A DNA stretch of 62,937 bases, counting the filler, from a bacterium (GTDB lineage: Bacteria > JBDRGX01): NCBI GenBank assembly GCA_043817485.1. It is 6 parts of 6 records of this genome, joined end to end, with 100 filler letters (N's around TTAATTAATTAA, not from the genome) between each part and the next. Parts side by side here need not be neighbours in the genome. Positions count along the whole stretch, not along the records: positions 16,957 to 24,405 come from JBDRGX010000052.1; positions 24,506 to 37,079 come from JBDRGX010000053.1; 4 more parts are not named here. One strand, given 5' to 3'. The notes below the pieces were generated by a model. The model did no database searches and was not told the DNA's origin. It saw only the letters and a list, made by a program, of their open reading frames with translations. Shown piece by piece: positions 18,512 through 27,182 of this stretch. Position 1 is the first letter of the stretch; every line of letters starts with the position of its first letter. The position numbers and the translations under genes are program-made.

Positions 18512-19732
18512 TCAGATTCCTATTTTGTTCATTAATTTCATAGAGCAGTATTTACCACACATGGAACAGGTATCTTTATTTATATTTTCAAATTTTTCCG
18601 GGTCAATTGAATATTTTTTTTGCTTAGTCCAATCTAAACATTTTCTGGCTTTAGACATTAAATAATCTCTTTTTAATGCTTCCTTTTTACCTTTTGCAAT
18701 GTCTATTGCATGTGCTGCAATTTTTGCTGCTATTACTCCATTTTTAACATCTTCTATAGAAGGCAAACCTAAATGTTCTGATGGAGTAACATAACAGATA
18801 TAATCAGCTCCGTAAAAACCGGCAAAAGCAGCACCAATAGCAGATGTTATATGATCATATCCCGGTGCAATGTCTGTAACAATTGGACCCAATACATAAA
18901 AAGGTGCATTAAAACAAAGCTTTTTTTGTAAATCTATATTTTTTTTAATCTGATTTATTGGAATATGTCCGGGACCTTCTACCAGTACTTTTATTTTATT
19001 TTTCCTGGATACGAGTACTTGTTTACCTAAATTCTTTAATTCTTCAATTTGTATAGTATCTGTTGCATCAGCGATTGCTCCAGGTCTGCAGCCATCACCT
19101 AAGCTAATGGCAACACCTGTGTTTTTCATTAATGTTAATAGTTCATCAAAATATTGATACATTGGATTTTCTTCACCGGTTTTTTCCATCCAATCCAGAA
19201 GCAGGGCCCCTCCTCTTGAAACTATTCCTGTTACTCTTTTGTTTTTTTTCAATAATTTTAATATTTTTTTATTTATTCCTGTGTGTAAAGTAAGAAAATC
19301 TACTCCATCATCTATATGGTTTTTAATCACATTAAAAAGAATTTCCTTAAAATGCAATTTATCTTTTCCTGTTTGAATAAAAGCTTCATATAGAGGTACC
19401 GTACCAACAGGAATTCTTGATAATGCAATAATTTCCTGTCTGATTTTTCTTATATTTCCTCCGGTAGATAAATCCATTATTGTATCTGCTCCACTGTCCT
19501 GGGCTATTTTAAGTTTAGCCAGTTCTAATTTTAAGTTTAAACATTTTTCAGAAGTTCCAATATTTGCATTTATTTTTATAAATAACCCCCTGCCTACAGC
19601 AACCGGGAAAGTTTTATCAGGATTTTTTTTGTTTGAAAATAAAATTGTAATTTCCCCTTTACTTATTTTATATTTAAGATACTTTTCTGAAACTTTTTCA
19701 TAAGAGCTGATTATTTTTAATATTTTATTCAT
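18512..19732 (-). CDS. thiC: Phosphomethylpyrimidine synthase
   Basis: KINANIGTS, GADTIMDLSTGG, VSRGG, EGPGHIP, GYDHITSAIG, CSMCGKYC. Confidence 0.97.
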   Translation of the reverse strand: MNKILKIISSYEKVSEKYLKYKISKGEITILFSNKKNPDKTFPVAVGRGLFIKINANIGTSEKCLNLKLELAKLKIAQDSGADTIMDLSTGGNIRKIRQEIIALSRIPVGTVPLYEAFIQTGKDKLHFKEILFNVIKNHIDDGVDFLTLHTGINKKILKLLKKNKRVTGIVSRGGALLLDWMEKTGEENPMYQYFDELLTLMKNTGVAISLGDGCRPGAIADATDTIQIEELKNLGKQVLVSRKNKIKVLVEGPGHIPINQIKKNIDLQKKLCFNAPFYVLGPIVTDIAPGYDHITSAIGAAFAGFYGADYICYVTPSEHLGLPSIEDVKNGVIAAKIAAHAIDIAKGKKEALKRDYLMSKARKCLDWTKQKKYSIDPEKFENINKDTCSMCGKYCSMKLMNKIGI

Positions 19733-19822
19733 TTTTTATCCTTATCAAATTAACTTAATTAATATTATTTAAAATTATTAATATTTGAAATTTAAATCTT
19801 AAAATATTCTAATAGGATATCT

Positions 19823-20296
19823 TTATAAAATTTCATCAATATCATCGTTTGTATAATATTTGCAATCATTACCGGCACTTTTTATATACATAGAATTGTT
19901 GTTTTTTAAGAGCAAATAACTATTTCCCCATCCATCTTGTGGTGTTTTTATTTTGCTTGATTTAATAATAAAATTTACAATTAAAAATTTATTAAAATCT
20001 TCCGGATAATTGCCATTTTCAGCTTTATATAAATTGAGAAATTGTTTTATAAGATGTAAATCCATTTTAGTCTTATTTTCTCTTGCTTTTTTTATTGTAG
20101 GAAAAAATAAATTCTGAAATTTTATTTCAAATAATTTAGTATCTAATAACTTGATTAAAAAAATACTAAATAAAATGAAAACAAAAATTATTTTTATTGA
20201 ATTTTTTTTTCTTTTACTTTCAAAAAAAATTGGTTCCGGATTATTGAAATTTTCAAGTTTTTTTACAATGTTTTCAATTTCTATATTAGTTTTCAT
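19823..20296 (-). CDS. Type II secretion GspG-like domain protein
   Basis: TM helix, Y..ENGNYP, DGWGNSY, SAGND..Y.T.DDI motifs. Confidence 0.7.
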   Translation of the reverse strand: MKTNIEIENIVKKLENFNNPEPIFFESKRKKNSIKIIFVFILFSIFLIKLLDTKLFEIKFQNLFFPTIKKARENKTKMDLHLIKQFLNLYKAENGNYPEDFNKFLIVNFIIKSSKIKTPQDGWGNSYLLLKNNNSMYIKSAGNDCKYYTNDDIDEIL

Positions 20297-20952
20297 TTTT
20301 TATTTAAAAATTGTTTTAACATATTTTTTAATATTTCAGTTCCTTTTTTAATATCTTCAGAACCGCAAAGCGCTCTTATAAATGCAACATTTCTTGCACC
20401 GGCATTTAGTACATCATTAAGATTTTCTTCGTCTATACCTCCAATAGCAACAAAAGGTTTTTTGATAGCTTTTTTTAGTTTTGTAATTTTTTCAGTTCCC
20501 AACAAAGCATGATTCTTTTTATTTGGAGTATCGAAAATCGGACCAAAACCTAAATAATCAGCAAATCGTTCTTTTATAATTGCTTCATTTATGGAGTGAG
20601 AAGATATTCCTAATACCAGGTCATATTTTTGAGCTATTTTTTTAGCGTAATCAAACTCATATTCATTATCACCGATATGAAAACCTTCTGCATGAATCCT
20701 TACAGCTATTTCGATTCTATCATTTATTATGAAAGGAACATTTTTTTTATCTAATAAAACTTTTAACTGACCAGCAATTTTTTCAAAATCCTTATCATTA
20801 AGGTTTTTATCGCGGAACTGTACAATATCTACATTACCGGATAAAGCAGCTTTTACCTGGGTGATGTAATCTACATCTTTCCTCGGTGAAGTGATTGCAT
20901 ATATAGAACCTTTATTTAATAATTGTAATAAACGTTTTTTTTTCGAGTTCAT
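20293..20952 (-). CDS. thiE: Thiamine-phosphate synthase
   Basis: VQFRDK, FIINDR, GISSH, DYLGFGPIFDTPNK, VAIGGI. Confidence 0.95.
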   Translation of the reverse strand: MNSKKKRLLQLLNKGSIYAITSPRKDVDYITQVKAALSGNVDIVQFRDKNLNDKDFEKIAGQLKVLLDKKNVPFIINDRIEIAVRIHAEGFHIGDNEYEFDYAKKIAQKYDLVLGISSHSINEAIIKERFADYLGFGPIFDTPNKKNHALLGTEKITKLKKAIKKPFVAIGGIDEENLNDVLNAGARNVAFIRALCGSEDIKKGTEILKNMLKQFLNKK

Positions 20953-21391
20953 AAATATTAAATCTTAATTTTTTTATTGCATCTGATTTTTTAAGTGAGA
21001 TCAGACGCATTAATTCTTCAATAACTCTCAATGATTCTTCTACCCTTTTAAAGTTTGAAATCAGAATTTCATTTATATTTTCATATTTAGTTTGATTAAA
21101 TATTTTACCGGAGTCATTTTTTATATCTCTATTTTTTAAAAATTCAAAATATATTGAATCAATAATGTTTGATAATGAATGTCTGATAAATCTTATTTTT
21201 TTTATTATAGAGTTATTTATATTTGATGAAATATTTTCTTCCTTTTGATTTTTTTTATCAAATTCTAAATATGAAAATCTTAAAATGTCTTCTATTACTC
21301 TCAATCCTTCTTTTGATCTGTTAAAATTTGCATCCAGTATTCTAAATATTTCAGCTTTTTTATTCATATATTTATTTAAATTTATTATCAA
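20912..21391 (-). CDS. Stand-alone ThiD2-family helical protein
   Basis: RILDANFNRSKEGLRVIED and NFKRVEESLRVIEE...RFNIYELEK. True start may be the later Met (MNKKAE). Confidence 0.85.
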   Translation of the reverse strand: MIINLNKYMNKKAEIFRILDANFNRSKEGLRVIEDILRFSYLEFDKKNQKEENISSNINNSIIKKIRFIRHSLSNIIDSIYFEFLKNRDIKNDSGKIFNQTKYENINEILISNFKRVEESLRVIEELMRLISLKKSDAIKKLRFNIYELEKKTFITIIK

Positions 21392-21490
21392 AAATCATTT
21401 ATTTTTCAGTTAATTTATTAAAATTTAATGTTAATAAAAAGTGTGCAAATAATGTAAAGTTAAATCTGAATTTATTGAAAGGGAATTGTT

Positions 21491-21964
21491 TTATTTTGCT
21501 GCTTTTTGTATTTTATTAATTAAACCTGTTGTAGAATAATTTTTAACGAAATTAATTATTTTGAGCTTTTTAGAAAATTCTCTGCCAATGACTTCCTCAG
21601 GTTTATAATCTCCACCCTTTACTAATACATTGGGTTTTATGATTTTTATAAGTTTATATGGAGTTTCTTCTGAAAAAGAAACAATATAATCAATAAAATC
21701 TAAATGTTCTAAAATATAAATTCTATCATTTAATTTATTTATTGGTCTTAAAGGTCCCTTTAATTTTTTAACAGAATCATCAGAATTTATTCCGACAATC
21801 AGAACGTCTCCTGAGGATTTAGCTTTTTTTAAATATTCGATATGCCCCCGATGTATTATATCAAAACAGCCATTTGTAAATATTATTTTTTTCTTTTGTT
21901 CTTTTAATTTTTTTATAAGTGCAGATATTTTTTTTGAAGAAATTAATTTCATTCTTTTTATCAA
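21491..21964 (-). CDS. rfaE2: D-glycero-beta-D-manno-heptose 1-phosphate adenylyltransferase
   Basis: FTNGCFDIIHRGH, GINSDDSVKKLKG..RP, LVKGGDY, STT. Confidence 0.93.
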   Translation of the reverse strand: MIKRMKLISSKKISALIKKLKEQKKKIIFTNGCFDIIHRGHIEYLKKAKSSGDVLIVGINSDDSVKKLKGPLRPINKLNDRIYILEHLDFIDYIVSFSEETPYKLIKIIKPNVLVKGGDYKPEEVIGREFSKKLKIINFVKNYSTTGLINKIQKAAK

Positions 21965-22537
21965 ATTGAAAAATGCTGTTCAATCAAATCACATATTATA
22001 TGTCCAATCATTATATGTGATTCCTGAATTCTTGCTGTGTCATCTGAAGGAATAATAATACTTAAATCTGCGTATTTTTTTGCATCTGCCCCCCCCTTTC
22101 CTAATAGAGCTATAACATATATATCTTTTTTTTTTTGCAGCTTTTATACCGTTAATAATATTTTGTGATTTTCCACTTGTTGAAATAGCAAAAACAATAT
22201 CCTTTTTGTTTCCTAAAGCTTCTATCTGTCTTGAAAATATATCATTAAAACCATAATCATTAGACATTGCTGTTAATAAAGTAATATCCGAGCAAAGAGT
22301 TAATGCCGGAAGAGCCGGCCTGTTTTTTTTAAATCGCACTACTATTTCAGTAGAAAGATGCAGGGCATCTGAAGCACTTCCACCGTTACCAAAAAAAATT
22401 AATTTTCCACCTTTTTTAATTGAATTTATTGATTTGTTAACAGATTTTTCAATTTTATTAAGAATAGTTTTATCACATAAAATCTGTTTTTTTAAGTTAA
22501 TAGAATTTTCTATGGATTCAATGATTTGTTTTTTCAT
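21961..22537 (-). pseudogene. gmhA: Sedoheptulose-7-phosphate isomerase with +1 frameshift in an A11 run (pseudogene or sequencing error)
   Basis: GNGGSASDA.H, NDYG, STSG.S.N. Removing one A at 22126-22136 restores KKKDIYVIALLGKGGADAKKYADLSIIIPSDDTARIQESHIMIGHIIC, with the stop at 21961-21963 overlapping the rfaE2 TTG. Confidence 0.9.
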
Positions 22538-22549
22538 AACAAGTTATTT

Positions 22550-23896
22550 TTATTCTTCTAATATACCGGTTGTTATAAAGTTTGTAGTATATTTACCGTT
22601 TTTAAAATATTCATTTTTCATAATTTTTTTATGAAAAGGTATTGTTGTTTTTATTCCTTCTATTACAAATTCAGATAATGCTCTTTCCATTTTTTTTATT
22701 GTTTCTGCACGGGATCCGGAAAAACAGATAATTTTAGCCAGCATTGAATCATAATTTGGTGAAATAGTATACCCCTGGTAAATATGGGAGTCAATTCTGA
22801 CCCCCGGCCCGCCGGGAAGTATTAATTTTTCTATCTTGCCCGGAGAAGGAATAAAATCTTTTTCAGGATCTTCTGCATTTATTCTACATTCAATGGCATA
22901 TTTATTTATATTAAATTTACTGTTATCATATTTTACTTTTTCTCCGGCAGATATTCTAATCATATCTTTAATGAGATCAATTTCTGTTACAACTTCTGTA
23001 ACAGGATGTTCTACCTGTATTCTGGTATTCATTTCCATAAAATAAAAAGCCCCAAATTTGTCTACTAAAAATTCAATTGTTCCAACAGACTGGTAATTTA
23101 CAGCTTTTGCTGCTTTTTCTGCAATTTGTCCCATTTTTTTTCTTAATTTTTCATTTAAAAATGGAGAAGGTGATTCTTCGAGCAGTTTTTGATGCCGTCT
23201 TTGGATGGAACAATCTCTTTCAGGAAAATAACAAACATTTCCATAACTATCTCTTAAAATTTGAAATTCAATATGATGCGGTTCTTCAATAAATTTTTCT
23301 AAATACACTGCATCATCACCAAAAGAAGAATATGCTTCTTTTTTTGCCATCATTAAAGATTCCAGTAGTGAAGATTTTGATTGTACTAAACGCATTCCTT
23401 TTCCACCACCACCGGCTCTGGCTTTTATCATGATAGGATAACCTATTTTATCAGCTATTTTCAGGACATCATCTTTTTCTGAAATAGCATCATCACTTCC
23501 CGGGATAACAGGAACTCCTGCTTTTTTCATAATTTTCTTTGCTTCTACTTTATCCCCCATTTTCATAATTGAGTCTTTCGACGGTCCAATAAACTTTATT
23601 TTACAGGATTCACAAACTTCTGCAAAATATGCTTTTTCTGATAAAAAACCGAAACCCGGATGTATTGCTTCTGCTCCGGTTATTTCGGCTGCGCTTATAA
23701 TATTTGGAATATTTAAGTAACTTTCAGCACTGGGTGCAGGACCTATACAAACTGCTTCATCGGCAAATTTTACATGAAGAGAATCTTTGTCTATTTCAGA
23801 ATAAACAGCTACAGATTTTACTCCAAGCTCTTTTAATGCTCTTATTATTCTTAAGGCTATTTCTCCGCGATTTGCAATTAATACTTTTTTAAACAT
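22550..23896 (-). CDS. accC: Acetyl-CoA carboxylase biotin carboxylase subunit
   Basis: KVLIANRGEIA, GGGGKGM, ERDCSIQRRHQK, EMNTRIQVEH, RINAED. Confidence 0.98.
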   Translation of the reverse strand: MFKKVLIANRGEIALRIIRALKELGVKSVAVYSEIDKDSLHVKFADEAVCIGPAPSAESYLNIPNIISAAEITGAEAIHPGFGFLSEKAYFAEVCESCKIKFIGPSKDSIMKMGDKVEAKKIMKKAGVPVIPGSDDAISEKDDVLKIADKIGYPIMIKARAGGGGKGMRLVQSKSSLLESLMMAKKEAYSSFGDDAVYLEKFIEEPHHIEFQILRDSYGNVCYFPERDCSIQRRHQKLLEESPSPFLNEKLRKKMGQIAEKAAKAVNYQSVGTIEFLVDKFGAFYFMEMNTRIQVEHPVTEVVTEIDLIKDMIRISAGEKVKYDNSKFNINKYAIECRINAEDPEKDFIPSPGKIEKLILPGGPGVRIDSHIYQGYTISPNYDSMLAKIICFSGSRAETIKKMERALSEFVIEGIKTTIPFHKKIMKNEYFKNGKYTTNFITTGILEE

Positions 23897-23897
23897 T

Positions 23898-24312
23898 TTA
23901 TTCTACCCAGAAAATGTCCTGTCCGTAATGAACCGGTTCTCCATTTTTTGCTAATATCTTAATGATTTTTCCATCAAATTCTGAAAAAACTTCCTTATAA
24001 AGTTTCATAGCTTCTATAATACAAAGCTTAGTACCCTTTTTTACAAAGTCATTTATTTTTATTATTTCTTTCTGACTATCAGGATAAACTAAATGTATAG
24101 TACCAACATATTTTGACTTTATTACATTGTAAGATGGCTTTGATTGTTTTTCAGATTTGTCTGCATTTATTAAAGATTTTGTTATTAATTGTTGTTCCGA
24201 TAATTTTCCTTTTTTTTATATAGATTTTCTTATTTCCTTTCTCATAGTTTAATTCATTAATCTGACTGTTTTTAATAACTTCTAAAATTGATTTAATTTT
24301 TTCAAAATCCAT
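23898..24312 (-). pseudogene. accB: Biotin carboxyl carrier protein with +1 frameshift in an A8 run (absent from ORF track)
   Basis: MDFEKIKSILEVIKNSQINEL..., then after removing one A at 24210-24217: IKSKYVGT...VKKGTKLCIIEAMKLYKEV...GEPVHYGQ. EAMK biotinylation motif; directly upstream of accC. Confidence 0.9.
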
Positions 24313-24405
24313 ATTATTTTCCTATTTAATTTAATTTTAAACATGATTTATATAAAATTAGAGTTAATTAATTTTATTAATATACAATAAATTTAAAAAA
24401 AATCA

Positions 24406-24505
24406 NNNNNNNNNNNNNNNNNNNNNNNNNNNNNNNNNNNNNNNNNNNNTTAATTAATTAANNNNNNNNNNNNNNNNNNNNNNNNNNNNNNNNNNNNNNN
24501 NNNNN
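24406..24505. other. Artificial contig-joining linker
   Basis: N44-TTAATTAATTAA-N44. Confidence 0.99.
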
Positions 24506-24822
24506 ATTTCAATATTTACAGTTTTTTTAATAATATTTTTTATTTCTGTTTTTCCTAATCCAATATTTTTTTTAATTGTAGGAATAATTACAATAGAAGG
24601 AGATTTTTCATAAATTTCTTTTATTTTTTCTTTTATCATTAAAGCAATATCTTCTGTTAAAAAAATAATTACATAATTTTTTTTATTTAAAGATTTTAAT
24701 ATAAAAGGAATTTGTTCTATTTGATTTTCTTCTAATGGAAAAATTTCCCAACATATATTTTTAAAACATGAAATAGATGAAATATTTCCAATAACTGCAA
24801 TTTGGCTCAATTTACACTCCAT
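24506..24822 (-). CDS. V/A-type ATPase subunit F (3' end at contig edge)
   Basis: IAVIG, IIFLTE, P.IVIIP, IKKTV; follows subunits E and C. Confidence 0.85.
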
Positions 24823-25815
24823 TTAAATATAAGTTTTTCTTAATTTTTCTTTTATTTTTTCTAAAGGAATTTCGTTTTTTTTCCCATATATAATAATTCT
24901 TAAATTTTTTACTTCTTGTTCTTTTGCTAAAAAATAACCAATAATTAGTTCTGGTCCAAAATTAAAATATTTTGCTTTTTTTGCAAAATCTATAATAAAA
25001 TCATCTATTTCTTTTTCAAGCAAAAAATAAGAATTATGATTTATCAGATAAGTAATGCCATTTTTCATAAATCCATAAGAAGTTTTTGATATTTCTTGTT
25101 GAAATTGGTCCAGAGACAACAATAAATAAGCTTTTGTGAAAAAATCTTTTTGAATACTACCATTTTCAATGAAATTTTTTTCTATTTTTTCAACATCTGA
25201 TTCTCTAAATTTAATCCTAATAATACTCATAATATTATAAATATCTATATAAATTTGGGTTAATTTTTGTAATAAAGAAATTTTATATTTATCTGCTATT
25301 TTTGTAAGATACGAAAAATAAATTGTATCAAGAGTTTTTGCTAATAAATTATTATCATTATTATTATTAAATGTTTCTATAGCATTACTAATATCTTTTT
25401 GAATATTTTGAGGAAATTTAAAATATTTATGATTTTCAAGCATTTCTATAAAATCATTTTCCTTTAAAGATCCAATATTTATAAATAATTTTTCTAATGT
25501 TTTATTTTTCAAAAAAACTTTTAAATTATGAAAATCATATTTTATTCGAAAAAAATCAAGAATTTCTTTATCGGGAATTATAGAAATAAATAAATTATAT
25601 GTTTTAATAAGTTCTTGATCTAAATTTTCTTCATTATTATCAAAAGAAATTCCATAATCTATTTCTTTAAATGTAGAAATTATTTGAGAAAAATTAAAAT
25701 CTAATATTTTTTGCAAATATTCAGAAGATAATAATTTAGTTTCTAAAAATTTTATTATTCCATTGATATAAACATATTTATTATTTTCACAAGGAATAAA
25801 ATCTATTTTATTCAT
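24823..25815 (-). CDS. V/A-type ATPase subunit C
   Basis: Y.YING.IK.LE..LL, YDFHNLK..LK, GPE.IIGY.LAKEQEVKNLRII, EKLR..Y. Confidence 0.9.
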   Translation of the reverse strand: MNKIDFIPCENNKYVYINGIIKFLETKLLSSEYLQKILDFNFSQIISTFKEIDYGISFDNNEENLDQELIKTYNLFISIIPDKEILDFFRIKYDFHNLKVFLKNKTLEKLFINIGSLKENDFIEMLENHKYFKFPQNIQKDISNAIETFNNNNDNNLLAKTLDTIYFSYLTKIADKYKISLLQKLTQIYIDIYNIMSIIRIKFRESDVEKIEKNFIENGSIQKDFFTKAYLLLSLDQFQQEISKTSYGFMKNGITYLINHNSYFLLEKEIDDFIIDFAKKAKYFNFGPELIIGYFLAKEQEVKNLRIIIYGKKNEIPLEKIKEKLRKTYI

Positions 25816-25828
25816 TATTTTCCCAAAC

Positions 25829-26422
25829 TTATTCAAATAAAATTGTTGCTATTTTTATTTCTAAAAATTCTCTTGCTTGATTAAAAATTATATTAAATGA
25901 ACAGTTTATTTCTTTTTTTTCTTGTGATAAAATTATTCCTTCAATATTTCTTGTTTCAGAAGATAATTCTATTTCACCTTTTTTTCCATTAATTAATAGT
26001 TTTTGATTTATTTGAGATAATAAATTTTCATTGATACGAGATTTATTTTTAGCAGAGATAATAATTTTTTCATTACCTATTTCTGCATATTTTAAAATTA
26101 AATTACTAATAATATCAAGATATTCTTTATCAAAAAGATTTACTATTTCTTCATAAGCTTTTTCAAATACATTATCTAATATTTTTTGTTTTTGAAAAAG
26201 AAGATTTTTTTGTGCTTCTAATTTAGCTTCAATAATTTTATTTTTAGAAAGTCTTTTCATTTCATTTTCTGTTTGTTCAAGAATTTTCTGTTTTTCTTTT
26301 TCTCCATTTTCTTTTGCTTTTAAAATAATTTTATTTATTTCTATTTCGGTTTCTTTTGTTATTTGAACAATTTTTTCATTTGCATTATCTTGAATTTTTT
26401 TTATAATATCTTCTAATGCCAT
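25829..26422 (-). CDS. V/A-type ATPase subunit E
   Basis: MALEDIIKKI coiled-coil N-terminus, GIIL...EINCSF, C-terminal ILF. Confidence 0.88.
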   Translation of the reverse strand: MALEDIIKKIQDNANEKIVQITKETEIEINKIILKAKENGEKEKQKILEQTENEMKRLSKNKIIEAKLEAQKNLLFQKQKILDNVFEKAYEEIVNLFDKEYLDIISNLILKYAEIGNEKIIISAKNKSRINENLLSQINQKLLINGKKGEIELSSETRNIEGIILSQEKKEINCSFNIIFNQAREFLEIKIATILFE

Positions 26423-26519
26423 TTATATCCTCACTTTTATAATAAATATTTACAAAATTTTAAAAATTATAAAAATTCTATTATCATTTTTAATTTTTAA
26501 CAAGTTTTTTTCAAAAAAA

Positions 26520-27182
26520 TTATAAAGATGTATTTCTTTTTCCAAATATATAAGTTCCAATTCTTATAATATTGGCTCCTTCTTCTATAGCAATTTGATA
26601 AGAATTACTCATTCCCATAGAAAGATATTTCATTTCAACATTTTCTAAATTCAATTTTTTACTTTTTTCAAACAATTCTTTTGTTTCTTTAAACTGTAAT
26701 CGTAAATTTTCTGAATTTTCTTCTAATGTTCCCATAGTCATAAGTCCCATTATTTTTATATTTTTAAGCATATTTATTTTTTTTATTAAATCTTCAATCT
26801 CAGAAGAAAAAACACCAAATTTTTGAATTTCTTTTCCACTATTTATTTCAATTAATATTTGCATTTGTTTTCCAATTTTAAAACATTCTTCACTAATAAT
26901 TTGAGCAATTTCAAAAGAATCTATTGTTTCAATCAAATCAAATATTTTAGCAGCTTTTTTTACTTTATTTTTTTGAAGATGACCGATAAAATGCCATTTT
27001 ACTTTATTTCCTATGATTTTAAATTTTTTTTCTGCTTCTTGAATATAATTTTCTCCAATAATTTTTAAACCACCTTCTATTGCTTCTAAAATTTCTTCAG
27101 AAGTTCTTGTTTTTGTAGCACCTACTAATTCTACAGTTTCAGGAATTTGTTTTAAAAGATTTTCAATATTTTTTTTAATCAT
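26520..27182 (-). CDS. yggS: PLP homeostasis protein, YggS family
   Basis: GENYIQE, WHFIGHLQKNK, GLMTM, LSMGMS, GANIIRIGT.IFG.R. Confidence 0.96.
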   Translation of the reverse strand: MIKKNIENLLKQIPETVELVGATKTRTSEEILEAIEGGLKIIGENYIQEAEKKFKIIGNKVKWHFIGHLQKNKVKKAAKIFDLIETIDSFEIAQIISEECFKIGKQMQILIEINSGKEIQKFGVFSSEIEDLIKKINMLKNIKIMGLMTMGTLEENSENLRLQFKETKELFEKSKKLNLENVEMKYLSMGMSNSYQIAIEEGANIIRIGTYIFGKRNTSL

